Source: Candidatus Saccharimonadota bacterium (GTDB taxonomy: Bacteria; Patescibacteriota; Saccharimonadia; Saccharimonadales; JACDBH01). Taken from it: 58,827 bases of DNA. This document shows positions 8,245 through 18,047 of the stretch, piece by piece (the stretch's first letter is position 1; every line of letters starts with the position of its first letter). The stretch is from contig JACDBH010000004.1 in the NCBI GenBank assembly GCA_013694995.1, positions 1 to 58,827 on the forward strand. The letters run 5' to 3'. A program made the translations under genes and the position numbers. The notes beneath the pieces are model-generated. The model had not been told where the DNA came from. It saw only the letters and a program-made list of their open reading frames with translations, and ran no database searches.

Positions 8245-8874
8245 CTAAGGCCTCACATAAGTGTTTAATACTAAAGAAAATGTCACGAGGTTTCGGTCGG
8301 TTTCACTTGGCTGAATATTAATATCGATGACTTGAGCCGTCCGGCGGTTTTTTTCGAGCCGCTTTAGGTATTCCAATAGCTGAACGTAGCTAATCGGTTT
8401 TTCTTTATCTGACTGTACCTTTATTTCCATCGCATAGACACCCTTGAGATCCTCGAGCTCCGTAAGTTGGGTCGTATTACTGTCGACTGTATTTTGTTGT
8501 TTGGCAGCAGTGGGTTTGGTGCCCTTTTTGATGACCTCGCCGAGTTTAGATTCAGGGAATTCTATTGAAGTTAGGTTAATACCGGATTCTTGGGCAATCT
8601 TGACCAGTTCCAGTACAGTTTTTGCCTGGTCTTTTTCTTGGGGTACAACTGTCTTAGCAATTTTTTCTAACTCCTCGTATTCGGTGATATCGGCTTTGGC
8701 CTGGGCTAGCGCGCTACTTTGGCGATCCAAAACTGCTTTTTCAAGCTTCAGTGCTAATAGCTTATTACCCTCTTTTTGAAGCATCTTATTAGCAAAGTAC
8801 GTTCCCGCACCACATATTGCAATGAGTAGTATAACCACTCCGACCATTACAAAATAAGTACGTTTTGCAGTCAT
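8245..8874 (-). CDS. pilO: Type IV pilus assembly protein PilO-like
   Basis: N-terminal TM, a coiled-coil, and position after pilN. Confidence 0.7.
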   Translation of the reverse strand: MTAKRTYFVMVGVVILLIAICGAGTYFANKMLQKEGNKLLALKLEKAVLDRQSSALAQAKADITEYEELEKIAKTVVPQEKDQAKTVLELVKIAQESGINLTSIEFPESKLGEVIKKGTKPTAAKQQNTVDSNTTQLTELEDLKGVYAMEIKVQSDKEKPISYVQLLEYLKRLEKNRRTAQVIDINIQPSETDRNLVTFSLVLNTYVRP

Positions 8875-8875
8875 A

Positions 8876-9481
8876 CTAGTTATCCTTCTCCTGGTTTAAA
8901 AGCAAGAAAGGGTTGTTGTCTTTAATAAAAAGCGCCCGCATACTTGCCTGGCAGGGATATCCACTTACGCCTGAACTTTCTTCGCAGGATAGGCTTTGGA
9001 TGTCGGCTTTTTCGAATATGCCATTGGCTTGATCCTGCAGGTTAACTTGAGCCTGGGTGGCAGTATTGTAGCTTGACGCTCCAACTAATAGGTCTATGCC
9101 ACCCTGCAAGTCGCGGCTTAAGCTAAGATCTTGCAAGATTGTGCCCGAGGGCATCACAAGGCCAATCTGCTGAAGCAGTTTGGAAAACAACACTTCTCTG
9201 GAAAGTACGTCGACAACTAGCTTCAAACTGCCACTAATCTCAGCTACACGTTTGAGAGTCTCTTCCTCATTGCTTGATTTTAGATCAGCTTTAGTGCTGT
9301 CAATGGACTGTTGTAAAGACTTCGAATCTTGTTTCAAGTAAAACATACTACCGCCGGCAATCAGTACCAGACCGGTTGCGGCAATACCGATACCGATTAA
9401 CCATTTTATGAGAGCCGTATTGCGTCTTGAGAAGCTAATAGCCTGCCTATATTCAGGCGGCATTAGGTTAATCATGCTCAT
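8876..9481 (-). CDS. pilN: Type IV pilus assembly protein PilN
   Basis: INLMPPEY N-terminus and a TM helix. It overlaps the pilM stop by 4 nt. Confidence 0.8.
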   Translation of the reverse strand: MSMINLMPPEYRQAISFSRRNTALIKWLIGIGIAATGLVLIAGGSMFYLKQDSKSLQQSIDSTKADLKSSNEEETLKRVAEISGSLKLVVDVLSREVLFSKLLQQIGLVMPSGTILQDLSLSRDLQGGIDLLVGASSYNTATQAQVNLQDQANGIFEKADIQSLSCEESSGVSGYPCQASMRALFIKDNNPFLLLNQEKDN

Positions 9482-10557
9482 AACCAGATTTCCTTGGGTT
9501 CGACTATAGCGGCTCCTGCAACTGTTACATATAGGGTCTGTTCGGCTTCATGAGGCGGTTGTAATTTCTTTAAATCAAAATAGCCCCAGAAGTTACAGAG
9601 CCGGGTCGGGATGCGTAAGTTGTCTGTCATGTAGTCAACTAGTCCTGGCATATTGGCGCCTCCACCCATGGTGATAATCTGCCCGATGCTCTGCTTACCC
9701 TCAGTGCGCTCTTCATAGTATCGGACGACACGGCGGATTTCCTTTATCAACGAATCGAGCTGAGGTTTTAGAGCATCGCGGATTTCCGGCTGCCGCTTAC
9801 TTACGCCTAGCCCATACTTGGTTTTTAAGCTATTAGCTTCGGCTTTTTCTATATTGAGCTTTTCAGCAATACGGTTACTAAAGTCGTCGCCACCACCTGG
9901 GATGGTTCCATTTACAATGAGTATTTCATCAAATACTGTCAGGTCTACCGATAATGAGCCTAGGTCGATTAAAATTGTTGGGATATCGCTGCTATTTTCG
10001 GCGACGGCAATTATGCGGCTGGCCGCCGATATTGTAGTTTCCAACGCGCAGACTTCCAGCCCTAATATATTGAAGAACTTCATATAAGAGTCAACGACTT
10101 TTTTAGGCACAGCTACAACCAATACATCTGTTTGCTCGGCATTTTTAGGATGAGTCATGTAGTCCAGATAAAGATCGTCGATTGGAATTGGAATGTACTG
10201 CTCAGCCTCAAAATGTATAGCGTCTTCAAGCTCATGCTTGTTCAGGCTTGCCGGAACTGTCATAACCCGTGAGTAGGCCCGAGAAGCAGGAATCGTAGCG
10301 GCGACCCGACGGGAAGTAATTTTGCCGATTACACCTTTGTCAAAAAGCTCCATGGCGGCTTTAGCCAGTAATTCGTAATCAACAATAACGCCGTCTTTTA
10401 TAGCCGAGGAGTCAAAACGTGACACGCCATAACCTTTAAGAGTATGGTGTTTGGCATCTTCATCAATCTGCATGACTTTAATAGTGTTAAAGCCGATATC
10501 AAGCCCGAACAAAGGCTTGTCTTTATAAAACAGTGTTTGCTTATGTTGTGTGGCCAC
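9478..10557 (-). CDS. pilM: Type IV pilus assembly protein PilM (actin-like ATPase fold)
   Basis: FGLDIGFNTIKVMQI, DLGSLSVDL and ITMGGGANMPGL motifs. Confidence 0.88.
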   Translation of the reverse strand: MATQHKQTLFYKDKPLFGLDIGFNTIKVMQIDEDAKHHTLKGYGVSRFDSSAIKDGVIVDYELLAKAAMELFDKGVIGKITSRRVAATIPASRAYSRVMTVPASLNKHELEDAIHFEAEQYIPIPIDDLYLDYMTHPKNAEQTDVLVVAVPKKVVDSYMKFFNILGLEVCALETTISAASRIIAVAENSSDIPTILIDLGSLSVDLTVFDEILIVNGTIPGGGDDFSNRIAEKLNIEKAEANSLKTKYGLGVSKRQPEIRDALKPQLDSLIKEIRRVVRYYEERTEGKQSIGQIITMGGGANMPGLVDYMTDNLRIPTRLCNFWGYFDLKKLQPPHEAEQTLYVTVAGAAIVEPKEIWL

Positions 10558-10660
10558 AATAATTTACAGCGGTGCCCTTATAAAAATATACTCTCATTAT
10601 AGCAAACAGCTTATGGTTTCGATACCCGGAAAGCTCCATGGCTTATTTTGAAGGAATCTC

Positions 10661-12079
10661 TTAGTAATCGTACTGGTAGCTTCTGACTGTCCAAGTGCTG
10701 CCGCCGGAAGAAAGGGAAGTGCCGAAGGTTACGGTTCCAGCGCCGCTTAAGTCAATCGTCTGGCCGATGGCCGAGCCAGTATTACCGCTACCTCCTAAGG
10801 TCACCTTTGACCACTGAGCCTGGAAGATTGTACCGGGAAAGTTACCGGCTCCTGAGACGTCTATAGTATTCAGGCTTTGTGAGCTATGTAGGTCCGACCC
10901 GGTGACATCGGTACAGTTAGGGTTACAAGAAGCTGTACTTTTAGATGTAATAAAGTGGGCGCTGGTACCACTGCTGTTGGGAATAACGGTGGCAGAACCG
11001 GTTACAGCCATTGTGCCGTCAATTAATATAACCGGCCGGGTAGTGCCCAGAGATTCGGCAATCCGAATACGGGCTGAGCCACCAACTGTCAGATTGCCAG
11101 TGATATAGGCATTGCCGGTAATCGTTAAATCGCAGCTGCTGGTCCATTTGACGTTGCCGGTCAGTTTGATATTGGCCGCCCAGGTACGCACAAAGCCATT
11201 CGGAGGGACGTTCCTGCTGCAATCGACAGCATTAGCGTTCGAAGCATAGGTGCTGGTGACGGCAGCTAAATGGGCTGCTCTGTCATAAGTCGGAAGTGCC
11301 ACGTAAGGAGCGGTGCAGCCGCTGATGAGTCCGCTGCCGCCATTCCCTGGTAGAATATTAGTCGAAGTAGTTTGTCCGGTGGCGCAGACGCTACCATAAA
11401 TAAAAGTTGAATTATCCATTGTTATAGGTTCGCCAGAATTGCACTTCATAGGAAATGAGGGGCCGGGATTGTTACCTGGTGGACAATTATAGTGGGCAAC
11501 AAACACGTCAAGTGGCTGGCTGTCAGTACCGATCATCGAGTTACCATTCAAATCTATATATCCATTCACGTATATCTTGGAATTGGTGATATGGGCGTTG
11601 CCATTTAGGATTAAACCCCCGGTTCCAGCTTGGACAGAAAACCCAGGAGAAAAAGTGCCCACTGAAGTTATTCTAACAATACGGGTACTAATAGGGTCGG
11701 TTGTTCCGTTAAATCTATATGTTCGTCCGGTTGATGTAATTATTTTTTCGTTCGGACCGCTGCCGGCGGCTACGTTTGTCTGGTAGGTGCCGCGTCCTTG
11801 GGTAATGGAGTTATAAAATTCTGTTTCAGTGGTAAAACCGACAAAAGCGTTATCGGTGTTGAGGGTATAGATGCTTTGTTCGGCTCCGGCTTCCGCGGTA
11901 AGAAGGGCATTAGAAACGAAGACGTTTTTTGAAGTGCGACCGTATTGCCCAATAACCAAATCTACCAAGGACAAGCCAATAAAAGTTAATAGCAAGGCGA
12001 CCAAGAGAACCGTAATAAGTATAATTCCCCGCTCATCATCACGAACTTTTTCTATCGGGGCATACAAGTGATCATTCAT
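10661..12079 (-). CDS. PilX_N-type pilus-associated protein with beta-helix-like C-terminal region
   Basis: ERGIILITVLLVALLLTFIGLSLV resembles the PilX N-terminal domain. The remainder is G/N/T-rich repeats (GNAHITN, ITGNAYITGNLTVGG). It overlaps the upstream minor pilin gene by 8 nt. Confidence 0.6.
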   Translation of the reverse strand: MNDHLYAPIEKVRDDERGIILITVLLVALLLTFIGLSLVDLVIGQYGRTSKNVFVSNALLTAEAGAEQSIYTLNTDNAFVGFTTETEFYNSITQGRGTYQTNVAAGSGPNEKIITSTGRTYRFNGTTDPISTRIVRITSVGTFSPGFSVQAGTGGLILNGNAHITNSKIYVNGYIDLNGNSMIGTDSQPLDVFVAHYNCPPGNNPGPSFPMKCNSGEPITMDNSTFIYGSVCATGQTTSTNILPGNGGSGLISGCTAPYVALPTYDRAAHLAAVTSTYASNANAVDCSRNVPPNGFVRTWAANIKLTGNVKWTSSCDLTITGNAYITGNLTVGGSARIRIAESLGTTRPVILIDGTMAVTGSATVIPNSSGTSAHFITSKSTASCNPNCTDVTGSDLHSSQSLNTIDVSGAGNFPGTIFQAQWSKVTLGGSGNTGSAIGQTIDLSGAGTVTFGTSLSSGGSTWTVRSYQYDY

Positions 12080-12899
12080 TTCTAAACACCGATCTAGTTA
12101 TGTATTCCGCAGTTATATCACGGTTGAATTTTTCCTTAAGTAGGGTAATGGTGACCTCCACAGACCTAGCTTCTCCCGGAGGCACATCGACGTCAAAACT
12201 ATTTACATAACGCACAGTAAGGCCGGTTACACCATCAACCAATTTTTTATCGGCTGGACATAGCGTGGTGGCGCTGGCAGCAGGACAGGAAGTCAGAGCG
12301 CCGTTAAGGGGCGAATCCGCTGCTAGAGTCCGCTTATAGAGGGAGCCGTTCTCAATAAAGTAAATGTTATTGTTTTTATAAGTTATATAATGCAGGGCGT
12401 CTTCAAAAATAACGTCCTGGTACTGGTCATTGGCGGCGGTAGCTAGAATTAGCGTATCGGTATCAGCTTCCCAACTATATTCATTTGCCGGAGCACTAGG
12501 AGCGTTGGCATCCGGCCAACGGTTGAACTCATCGACGTTGGCAGACAAACGTATATCCTTAGAAAGTAGGTCTAATGCCAGCTGGGCTTCCCTTAGAAGG
12601 TCGGCTCGGGCGGAACTGATGCTATTATTCACTATCGTATTAGTTAAAAAAGTCATGATAGCTATAATGACAATGCCTGACAGAGTCGCGGCTACGATCA
12701 TTTCAACAATAGTGAAGCCAGACTGGTTTTCACTGGTCTTGTGCAAAATCCTCGGTTCGGAAGGTGAATCAACTCGATCGAAAACGATTTTATCTGCAGG
12801 AGAGGTACTTAAAGGTAAATTGACAGAAGAAAAATTGTTTACAGCTGAGATTACTGGCTTTGGGGATGGGGGAGCTTTATGTAAGTCCAATATACTCAT
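12072..12899 (-). CDS. Prepilin-type minor pilin (PilW-like) with unusually long N-terminal extension
   Basis: The class III signal QSGFTIVEMIVAATLSG sits about 60 aa from the ATG. That ATG forms an ATGA overlap with the upstream gene's stop. Confidence 0.7.
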   Translation of the reverse strand: MSILDLHKAPPSPKPVISAVNNFSSVNLPLSTSPADKIVFDRVDSPSEPRILHKTSENQSGFTIVEMIVAATLSGIVIIAIMTFLTNTIVNNSISSARADLLREAQLALDLLSKDIRLSANVDEFNRWPDANAPSAPANEYSWEADTDTLILATAANDQYQDVIFEDALHYITYKNNNIYFIENGSLYKRTLAADSPLNGALTSCPAASATTLCPADKKLVDGVTGLTVRYVNSFDVDVPPGEARSVEVTITLLKEKFNRDITAEYITRSVFRNE

Positions 12900-13291
12900 T
12901 GTCCGATACCAATCACGCCGATGAGTGAGCTGAGTTGGACAGTTCTTTGGTCGGCCCCGTCCTTGTAAGTAATAGCCAAATCAACCCTGCGCAACCCGGC
13001 GCTGGGCTCGCTGACCTCTATAGTACCGGTTTTAGGGGAATGCAAGTCGGCGGGTAATTCACTTGTAAAATCGATATCGACGCCAGGCGTCAGGCTGCTG
13101 TACTGTTGGTTACGCAGCGATTCTATCTGCCGTTCTCCGGCGCGGGTAGCTAGCTCCAAATGATATGTCTTACGTTGGGTAGTCTCGATTGTAATATACA
13201 GATTCGTTATCCCAACTATAATCATCCCAATTACAACAATTGCAACCAGTAATTCGACTATTGTGAACCCCGCTTGGGAACGTTTCTTCAT
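12896..13291 (-). CDS. Prepilin-type minor pilin (PilV-like)
   Basis: MKKRSQAGFTIVELLVAIVVIG. The internal ATG at 13291 is preferred over the ORF start at 13312. Confidence 0.75.
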   Translation of the reverse strand: MKKRSQAGFTIVELLVAIVVIGMIIVGITNLYITIETTQRKTYHLELATRAGERQIESLRNQQYSSLTPGVDIDFTSELPADLHSPKTGTIEVSEPSAGLRRVDLAITYKDGADQRTVQLSSLIGVIGIGQ

Positions 13292-13359
13292 GCTTATGCT
13301 TAACAATAACAAAAACCGGCTGCTAGAAGCAACCGGTTATCTGTTACGAAACTATCGTA

Positions 13360-13746
13360 TTACTGGTTAACGCTTGTGAGCGTGTAGACACCACCGACCG
13401 CATCCGGATCGTTAGTATTCTCCATCGTTGCTGCTAGTGTATATGATGTTCCGCCACCTACTGCTGTGTAAGTGTAGGCATCGCTCCTAGGGCCTGTCGT
13501 TTCGTCGGCTGTAACACCTGCATCTGCCTGGGCAGCTGCAAAGTCAGCTGGGTACGCTCCGTTGTCGTTAAAATACGTTTCTAGCTTCTGCTGGACGTTC
13601 TTAAGCTCGTTCTTACGATCAGTGTCGCGGCCACGGGCCTGGGCACTGAATAGATTTGGCAGCGTCAAAGCTACCAAGATACCGATAATAACAATCACGA
13701 CTAACAGTTCGATAATCGTGAAACCTTTTTGATTCATTCGTCGCAT
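13360..13746 (-). CDS. pilA: Type IV major pilin
   Basis: MRRMNQKG/FTIIELLVVIVIIGIL. An AAGGAG RBS lies 8 nt upstream of the ATG at 13746, and the gene has its own strong promoter. Confidence 0.85.
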   Translation of the reverse strand: MRRMNQKGFTIIELLVVIVIIGILVALTLPNLFSAQARGRDTDRKNELKNVQQKLETYFNDNGAYPADFAAAQADAGVTADETTGPRSDAYTYTAVGGGTSYTLAATMENTNDPDAVGGVYTLTSVNQ

Positions 13747-13792
13747 TATAACCACTCCTTAATGCTTACTATTTTTTTTCTGATACTCTGAC

Positions 13793-13820
13793 AATATACT
13801 GCTTATGGCTGAAATGTCAA
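13793..13820 (-). promoter_or_regulatory. pilA promoter
   Basis: On the minus strand: TTGACA (13815-13820), a 16-nt spacer, then TATATT (13793-13798). It lies in the pilC-pilA gap. Confidence 0.55.
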
Positions 13821-13826
13821 TGATTT

Positions 13827-15035
13827 TTACACAGCTCCTTGGATAGAGATTATAGGACCGAGCACGCTCATAACAATAAAACCGACAATTCCACCCAAGC
13901 CTACTATCAAAATCGGCTCTATAATCGAAGACAGGCCGCTAGTGATAGCATCAACTTCGTCTTCGTAAAACTCAGCCACCTTATCCAGTACTTCTCCGAT
14001 CTTCCCGGTTTCCTCGCCGACAGCTGTCATCTGGATAATTATGGCAGGCAGTATATTGCTCTGTCCCAAGCTAGTAGCTATATTGCTGCCGTTTTTAATG
14101 CTTTCAACACTATCAGTCAGTGCTTTTCGGACTACTAGATTGGTTAGTGCTCCACTGGTTATATTTAAGGCCTCAATCACAGTAACTCCAGCAGCCAAAA
14201 GTGAGCTGAAAGTGCGGGCAAATCGTGCGACATTAACCTTAAGGATGATATTACCGAATATCGGTATCCTGAGTAGGAATTTATGGAATGCATATTTACC
14301 TTTTGGGTTTCCCGTAAGTCTTCGGAAAAGAAAAACTGCTAAAATGATGGCTCCAATAAGGATGTACCATTTACTGGTCATAAAGTCGCTTATTGCTAGG
14401 ACGACTTTTGTTTGTAATGGAAGCTTGCCTCCGGCACCTTGCAATATAGAGGCAAGCTTAGGAACAACACTAACCATTAGAAAGCTTACAGCACCAACAG
14501 CGACTAGAGTAACTACCAATGGATACACCATAGCGCTTTTAAACTTACCCTTGATTTGAGCGTCTTTTTCAACCTGGGTGGCCAGGCGATTTAAAATCTG
14601 ATCCAATATACCACCGGCTTCTCCGGCCCGCACCATATTGACGTAGACTTCAGAAAACGCTTTAGGGTGCTTGGCAAGGGAGTCGGATAGCTGTGCGCCA
14701 CCCTCGACATCTGAAATGATTTTACCCAAAGCTTCCTTGAGAGCCGGTGAGCTTGATTGTTCGCGTAAGGTCGTTAAGGAGCGGAGCATTGGAACGCCTG
14801 CGCTGATCATAGTAGCGAACTGGCGGGTAAAAACCACCAACGCTTTCGGTTTGACCTTGCCGCTGCCAGGCAGTTTTATGTTCATCTTCAGCCCGCTTGA
14901 ACCGGCAGGTTTGACGGTTACGGGTGTAAGGTTACGTTTACGCAAGGTATCGATTGCCTGGTCTTTGGATGGAGCCGATATTGAGCCCTCCTGGGTCTTA
15001 CCAGATGCATCACGTGCACTATAAACAAACTCCAT
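13827..15035 (-). CDS. pilC: Type IV pilus platform protein PilC (GspF family)
   Basis: Duplicated GspF domains (FTRQFATMISAGVP and FARTFSSLLAAGV) and three TM segments. Confidence 0.92.
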   Translation of the reverse strand: MEFVYSARDASGKTQEGSISAPSKDQAIDTLRKRNLTPVTVKPAGSSGLKMNIKLPGSGKVKPKALVVFTRQFATMISAGVPMLRSLTTLREQSSSPALKEALGKIISDVEGGAQLSDSLAKHPKAFSEVYVNMVRAGEAGGILDQILNRLATQVEKDAQIKGKFKSAMVYPLVVTLVAVGAVSFLMVSVVPKLASILQGAGGKLPLQTKVVLAISDFMTSKWYILIGAIILAVFLFRRLTGNPKGKYAFHKFLLRIPIFGNIILKVNVARFARTFSSLLAAGVTVIEALNITSGALTNLVVRKALTDSVESIKNGSNIATSLGQSNILPAIIIQMTAVGEETGKIGEVLDKVAEFYEDEVDAITSGLSSIIEPILIVGLGGIVGFIVMSVLGPIISIQGAV

Positions 15036-15036
15036 A

Positions 15037-16851
15037 TTATTCAGATCCCTTCGATGCAGTTACACGCAGGATTTCCTCTAAAGAAGTTTGTCCGCGTAGA
15101 GCTTTAATAAAACCATCAACTTGCATTGACACCATGCCGTCTTTAATGGCCTGCTGGTTGATGACTTCGGATGTAGAATTGGCAACAATTAGCTTCTGTA
15201 TTGTATCGGAATTGTTTAAGACCTCGTAAATACCAATACGGCCGCGGTACCCTGTCAGGTTGCATTCGTCGCAACCGCCGTCGTGGGCCCGCCAGATCCG
15301 GGTAATTTGCTTCTCACTAGTACTGAGGCTAAGGGTCGATTGTTTACCGGCCCCGGTCTTACCGATACCGCCGTCGAGCGCTTGTTCTTCGAGCTGATGG
15401 ATAAATTTCATCGATGCAGCATCTGATATCGCGAAAGATTCCGAAATCTTTTTTATAGTAGCCGCATCAGGCTCGATGCTCTCGCGGCAGGTTGGGCAGA
15501 GACGACGCACCAGCCGTTGCCCAACGACAGCGCGGACAGTGCTGGCAATCAAGAAGGCTTCTATGCCCATATCCAAAAGCCGCGGCAGACAAGTTGCGGC
15601 GTTGTTGGTGTGTAGAGTACTAAAGACTAAGTGGCCGGTAAGAGCCGCCTGTACCGCCAGCCCGGCAGTCTCGCCGTCGCGGATTTCCCCTACCATTATA
15701 ATGTTCGGATCTTGGCGAAGTAGCGCCCGTAGCCCATTTACAAAAGTCATTCCGGCCATCGGATTCACTTGAGTCTGATTGGTACCTGGCACGCGATATT
15801 CAACTGGGTCCTCAACGGTAGAAATATTTACTTTAGGGCTGTTGATTAGCGACAGGACACTAAATAGGCTGGTGCTTTTGCCCGAACCGGTAGGACCGGT
15901 AACTAAAACCATGCCGTGCGGCTGGATAATAGCTTCGTTTATAGTTTTGAGTGATCTGCCCCAATAACCCAGTTCTTCTAGTGTCAGTGCCTTGCTTGAT
16001 TCGTTCAAAATACGCATAACTACTTTTTCGCCGTCGACGATAGGCAGAGTGGAGACGCGCAGAGCGTAGATAGCACCGTTAGCCGAAATCTTAAAACGGC
16101 CATCCTGAGGGGCGCGGCGTTCATCAATCTTGAGGTTGCTTAATATCTTAATGCGTGACACAAGCGCCGCTAGTACCTTTTTGGGCAGCTTGTTGGTTTC
16201 TTTTAATATGCCATCGATGCGGTAGCGGACCGACACCATGTTTTCCCTAGGTTCAATATGTATATCACTAGCACCGGCTTTGACTGCGTATTCGATTAAT
16301 AGGTTGACGGTTTGGGCAATTGGCGAGTCTTCGGCGACATCTTCCTCGGAAATATTCTCGTCAATGTCCTCGGTAATCTCTTCCGGACTCATGACTTTAG
16401 TCAGCTCGGAAGTAATATTGTCGCGGTACTGTTCGAGCGCTGTTCTGATGTTCTGTTCACTGGCCATGGCGACTTTGATGTCATTGCCCAGCTCTTTTTT
16501 CAAGAAGTTTACTGCCTGGACATCATCCGGATCTTCGATAGCCAATAATTTAGCACCGTCGTTATCAATGCCATACAAAACTACTTTGTATTGGTTGGCT
16601 ATGCGCTCTGGAATGAGCCTGAGTACTTCACGTTTGATGTCTTTCGGATCTAGCTCAATAAATGGAACTTCAATTTCTGCGGCGTAAAGCTGGGTCAGCT
16701 CTTTCTCGCTGATGATGTTGCCCTTAACGACCAAATCCTGAAGAGCAGTTTTATTATTGCCCGACTGTTCGCGGATATTCTTAATCTGCTCATCGGTTGC
16801 TTTACCGCTTTTAAGCAGCAATTCTTTAACTAATGCATCGGAAATTCGCAT
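15037..16851 (-). CDS. pilB: Type IV pilus assembly ATPase PilB (GspE family)
   Basis: N-terminal MshEN/T2SSE_N region, Walker A GPTGSGKST, Asp/His boxes and a tetracysteine motif (CPTC...CDEC). Confidence 0.95.
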   Translation of the reverse strand: MRISDALVKELLLKSGKATDEQIKNIREQSGNNKTALQDLVVKGNIISEKELTQLYAAEIEVPFIELDPKDIKREVLRLIPERIANQYKVVLYGIDNDGAKLLAIEDPDDVQAVNFLKKELGNDIKVAMASEQNIRTALEQYRDNITSELTKVMSPEEITEDIDENISEEDVAEDSPIAQTVNLLIEYAVKAGASDIHIEPRENMVSVRYRIDGILKETNKLPKKVLAALVSRIKILSNLKIDERRAPQDGRFKISANGAIYALRVSTLPIVDGEKVVMRILNESSKALTLEELGYWGRSLKTINEAIIQPHGMVLVTGPTGSGKSTSLFSVLSLINSPKVNISTVEDPVEYRVPGTNQTQVNPMAGMTFVNGLRALLRQDPNIIMVGEIRDGETAGLAVQAALTGHLVFSTLHTNNAATCLPRLLDMGIEAFLIASTVRAVVGQRLVRRLCPTCRESIEPDAATIKKISESFAISDAASMKFIHQLEEQALDGGIGKTGAGKQSTLSLSTSEKQITRIWRAHDGGCDECNLTGYRGRIGIYEVLNNSDTIQKLIVANSTSEVINQQAIKDGMVSMQVDGFIKALRGQTSLEEILRVTASKGSE

Positions 16852-16942
16852 ATTGTTTACGCTTAGTATATCTTAAATCATTTTTGTTAAATACCGTTAA
16901 AAGTCTTGACTGTTGTTAGAGCAAGTTGTACTGTATCTTGTT

Positions 16943-16971
16943 CATGCTTGCATGAGGCTAACGAGTATAAT
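16943..16971 (+). promoter_or_regulatory. recA upstream box CATGCTTGCATG plus TATAAT
   Basis: Near-palindrome at 16943-16954. TATAAT at 16966-16971 is only 12 nt after TTGCAT. The RBS AAGAGGAG precedes the ATG at 17002. Confidence 0.4.
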
Positions 16972-17001
16972 ATAACTACGGATATAAAGAGGAGTTACTA
17001 A

Positions 17002-18030
17002 ATGGCAAAATCACAGTCTGACCCAAAAGTGATGCAGGATGTCTCGCAAGCCGATGGCAAGTCTAAAGCTTTAGGCATGGCGGTCGATCACATAGAAAAA
17101 CAATTTGGCAAAGGCACGATAATGCGCCTTGGTGAGTCAACTCACCAGAATGTAGAATGCTTTCCGACCGGCAGCATAAGTCTGGACTTGGCCTTAGGTG
17201 GCGGTATCCCTAAAGGCCGGGTCATCGAAGTTTATGGGCCCGAAAGCTCCGGTAAAACCACCCTTACATTACATGCGATTGCTGAAGTCCAACGCAAAGG
17301 CGGCACGGCAGCTTTCATCGATGCCGAGCATGCACTCGATCCGCAGTATGCTCAGCGCATAGGAGTTAACCTAGAAGAACTGCTGGTTTCGCAGCCCGAT
17401 AATGGTGAGCAAGCACTTGAAATAGTGGAATCATTAGTCCGTTCCAACGCTGTTGACCTTATTGTTGTCGACTCGGTCGCCGCGCTTGTGCCGCAGGCCG
17501 AAATCGAAGGTGATATGGGCGATTCTCATATGGGTTTGCAGGCTCGGTTGATGAGCCAGGCACTCCGCAAGCTCACGGCCATTATCAGCAAAAGCAAAAG
17601 CACGGTTATATTTATTAATCAGCTGCGTATGAAGATTGGCGTCATGTTCGGCAATCCCGAAACAACTACTGGTGGTAATGCGCTGAAATTCTATGCCAGT
17701 TTGCGCATGGATATCCGCCGTATTTCGCAAATCAAACAGGGCGAGGCCGTCATAGGCAACCGAACAAGAGTAAAAGTAGTTAAAAACAAAATTGCACCGC
17801 CGTTTAGAGAAGCCGAGTTCGATATCATGTATAACGAAGGTATTTCAAAAGAAGGAGACGTGCTGGATCTGGCTACCGCTAAAGAAATCGTCGAAAAAGC
17901 CGGCGCTTGGTATGCCTATGAGAACGAAAAAATCGGCCAGGGCCGCGAAGCCGCCAAGCAATACTTGCGTGATAATCCAAAAACATTGGAGAAAATTGCT
18001 AAACAAGTCATGGACGCTAGTAAAGCCTAA
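17002..18030 (+). CDS. recA: Recombinase RecA
   Basis: GPESSGKTT Walker [10 protein letters not shown] and the L1/L2 loop regions. Confidence 0.97.
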   Translation: MAKSQSDPKVMQDVSQADGKSKALGMAVDHIEKQFGKGTIMRLGESTHQNVECFPTGSISLDLALGGGIPKGRVIEVYGPESSGKTTLTLHAIAEVQRKGGTAAFIDAEHALDPQYAQRIGVNLEELLVSQPDNGEQALEIVESLVRSNAVDLIVVDSVAALVPQAEIEGDMGDSHMGLQARLMSQALRKLTAIISKSKSTVIFINQLRMKIGVMFGNPETTTGGNALKFYASLRMDIRRISQIKQGEAVIGNRTRVKVVKNKIAPPFREAEFDIMYNEGISKEGDVLDLATAKEIVEKAGAWYAYENEKIGQGREAAKQYLRDNPKTLEKIAKQVMDASKA

Positions 18031-18047
18031 GCTGTAAACTATAGCAT

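Noticed and set aside
12896-12899. Alternative genetic code (UGA reassignment, as in some CPR lineages)
   Set aside because: TGA terminates well-defined genes, for example in the ATGA pilin overlap and at the comEC stop. All conserved proteins are full length under the standard code.
14041-14559. Long antisense ORFs inside pilC, pilB and the P-type ATPase (also 16238-16687 and 29072-29662)
   Set aside because: They sit opposite strongly supported conserved genes. They have no motifs and are shadow frames.
16928-16946. SOS/LexA box upstream of recA (TACTGTAT...)
   Set aside because: Only one CTGT half-site is present, and the second half reads CATG instead of ACAG. No Gram-positive CGAAC-N4-GTTCG box or lexA gene is in the window.
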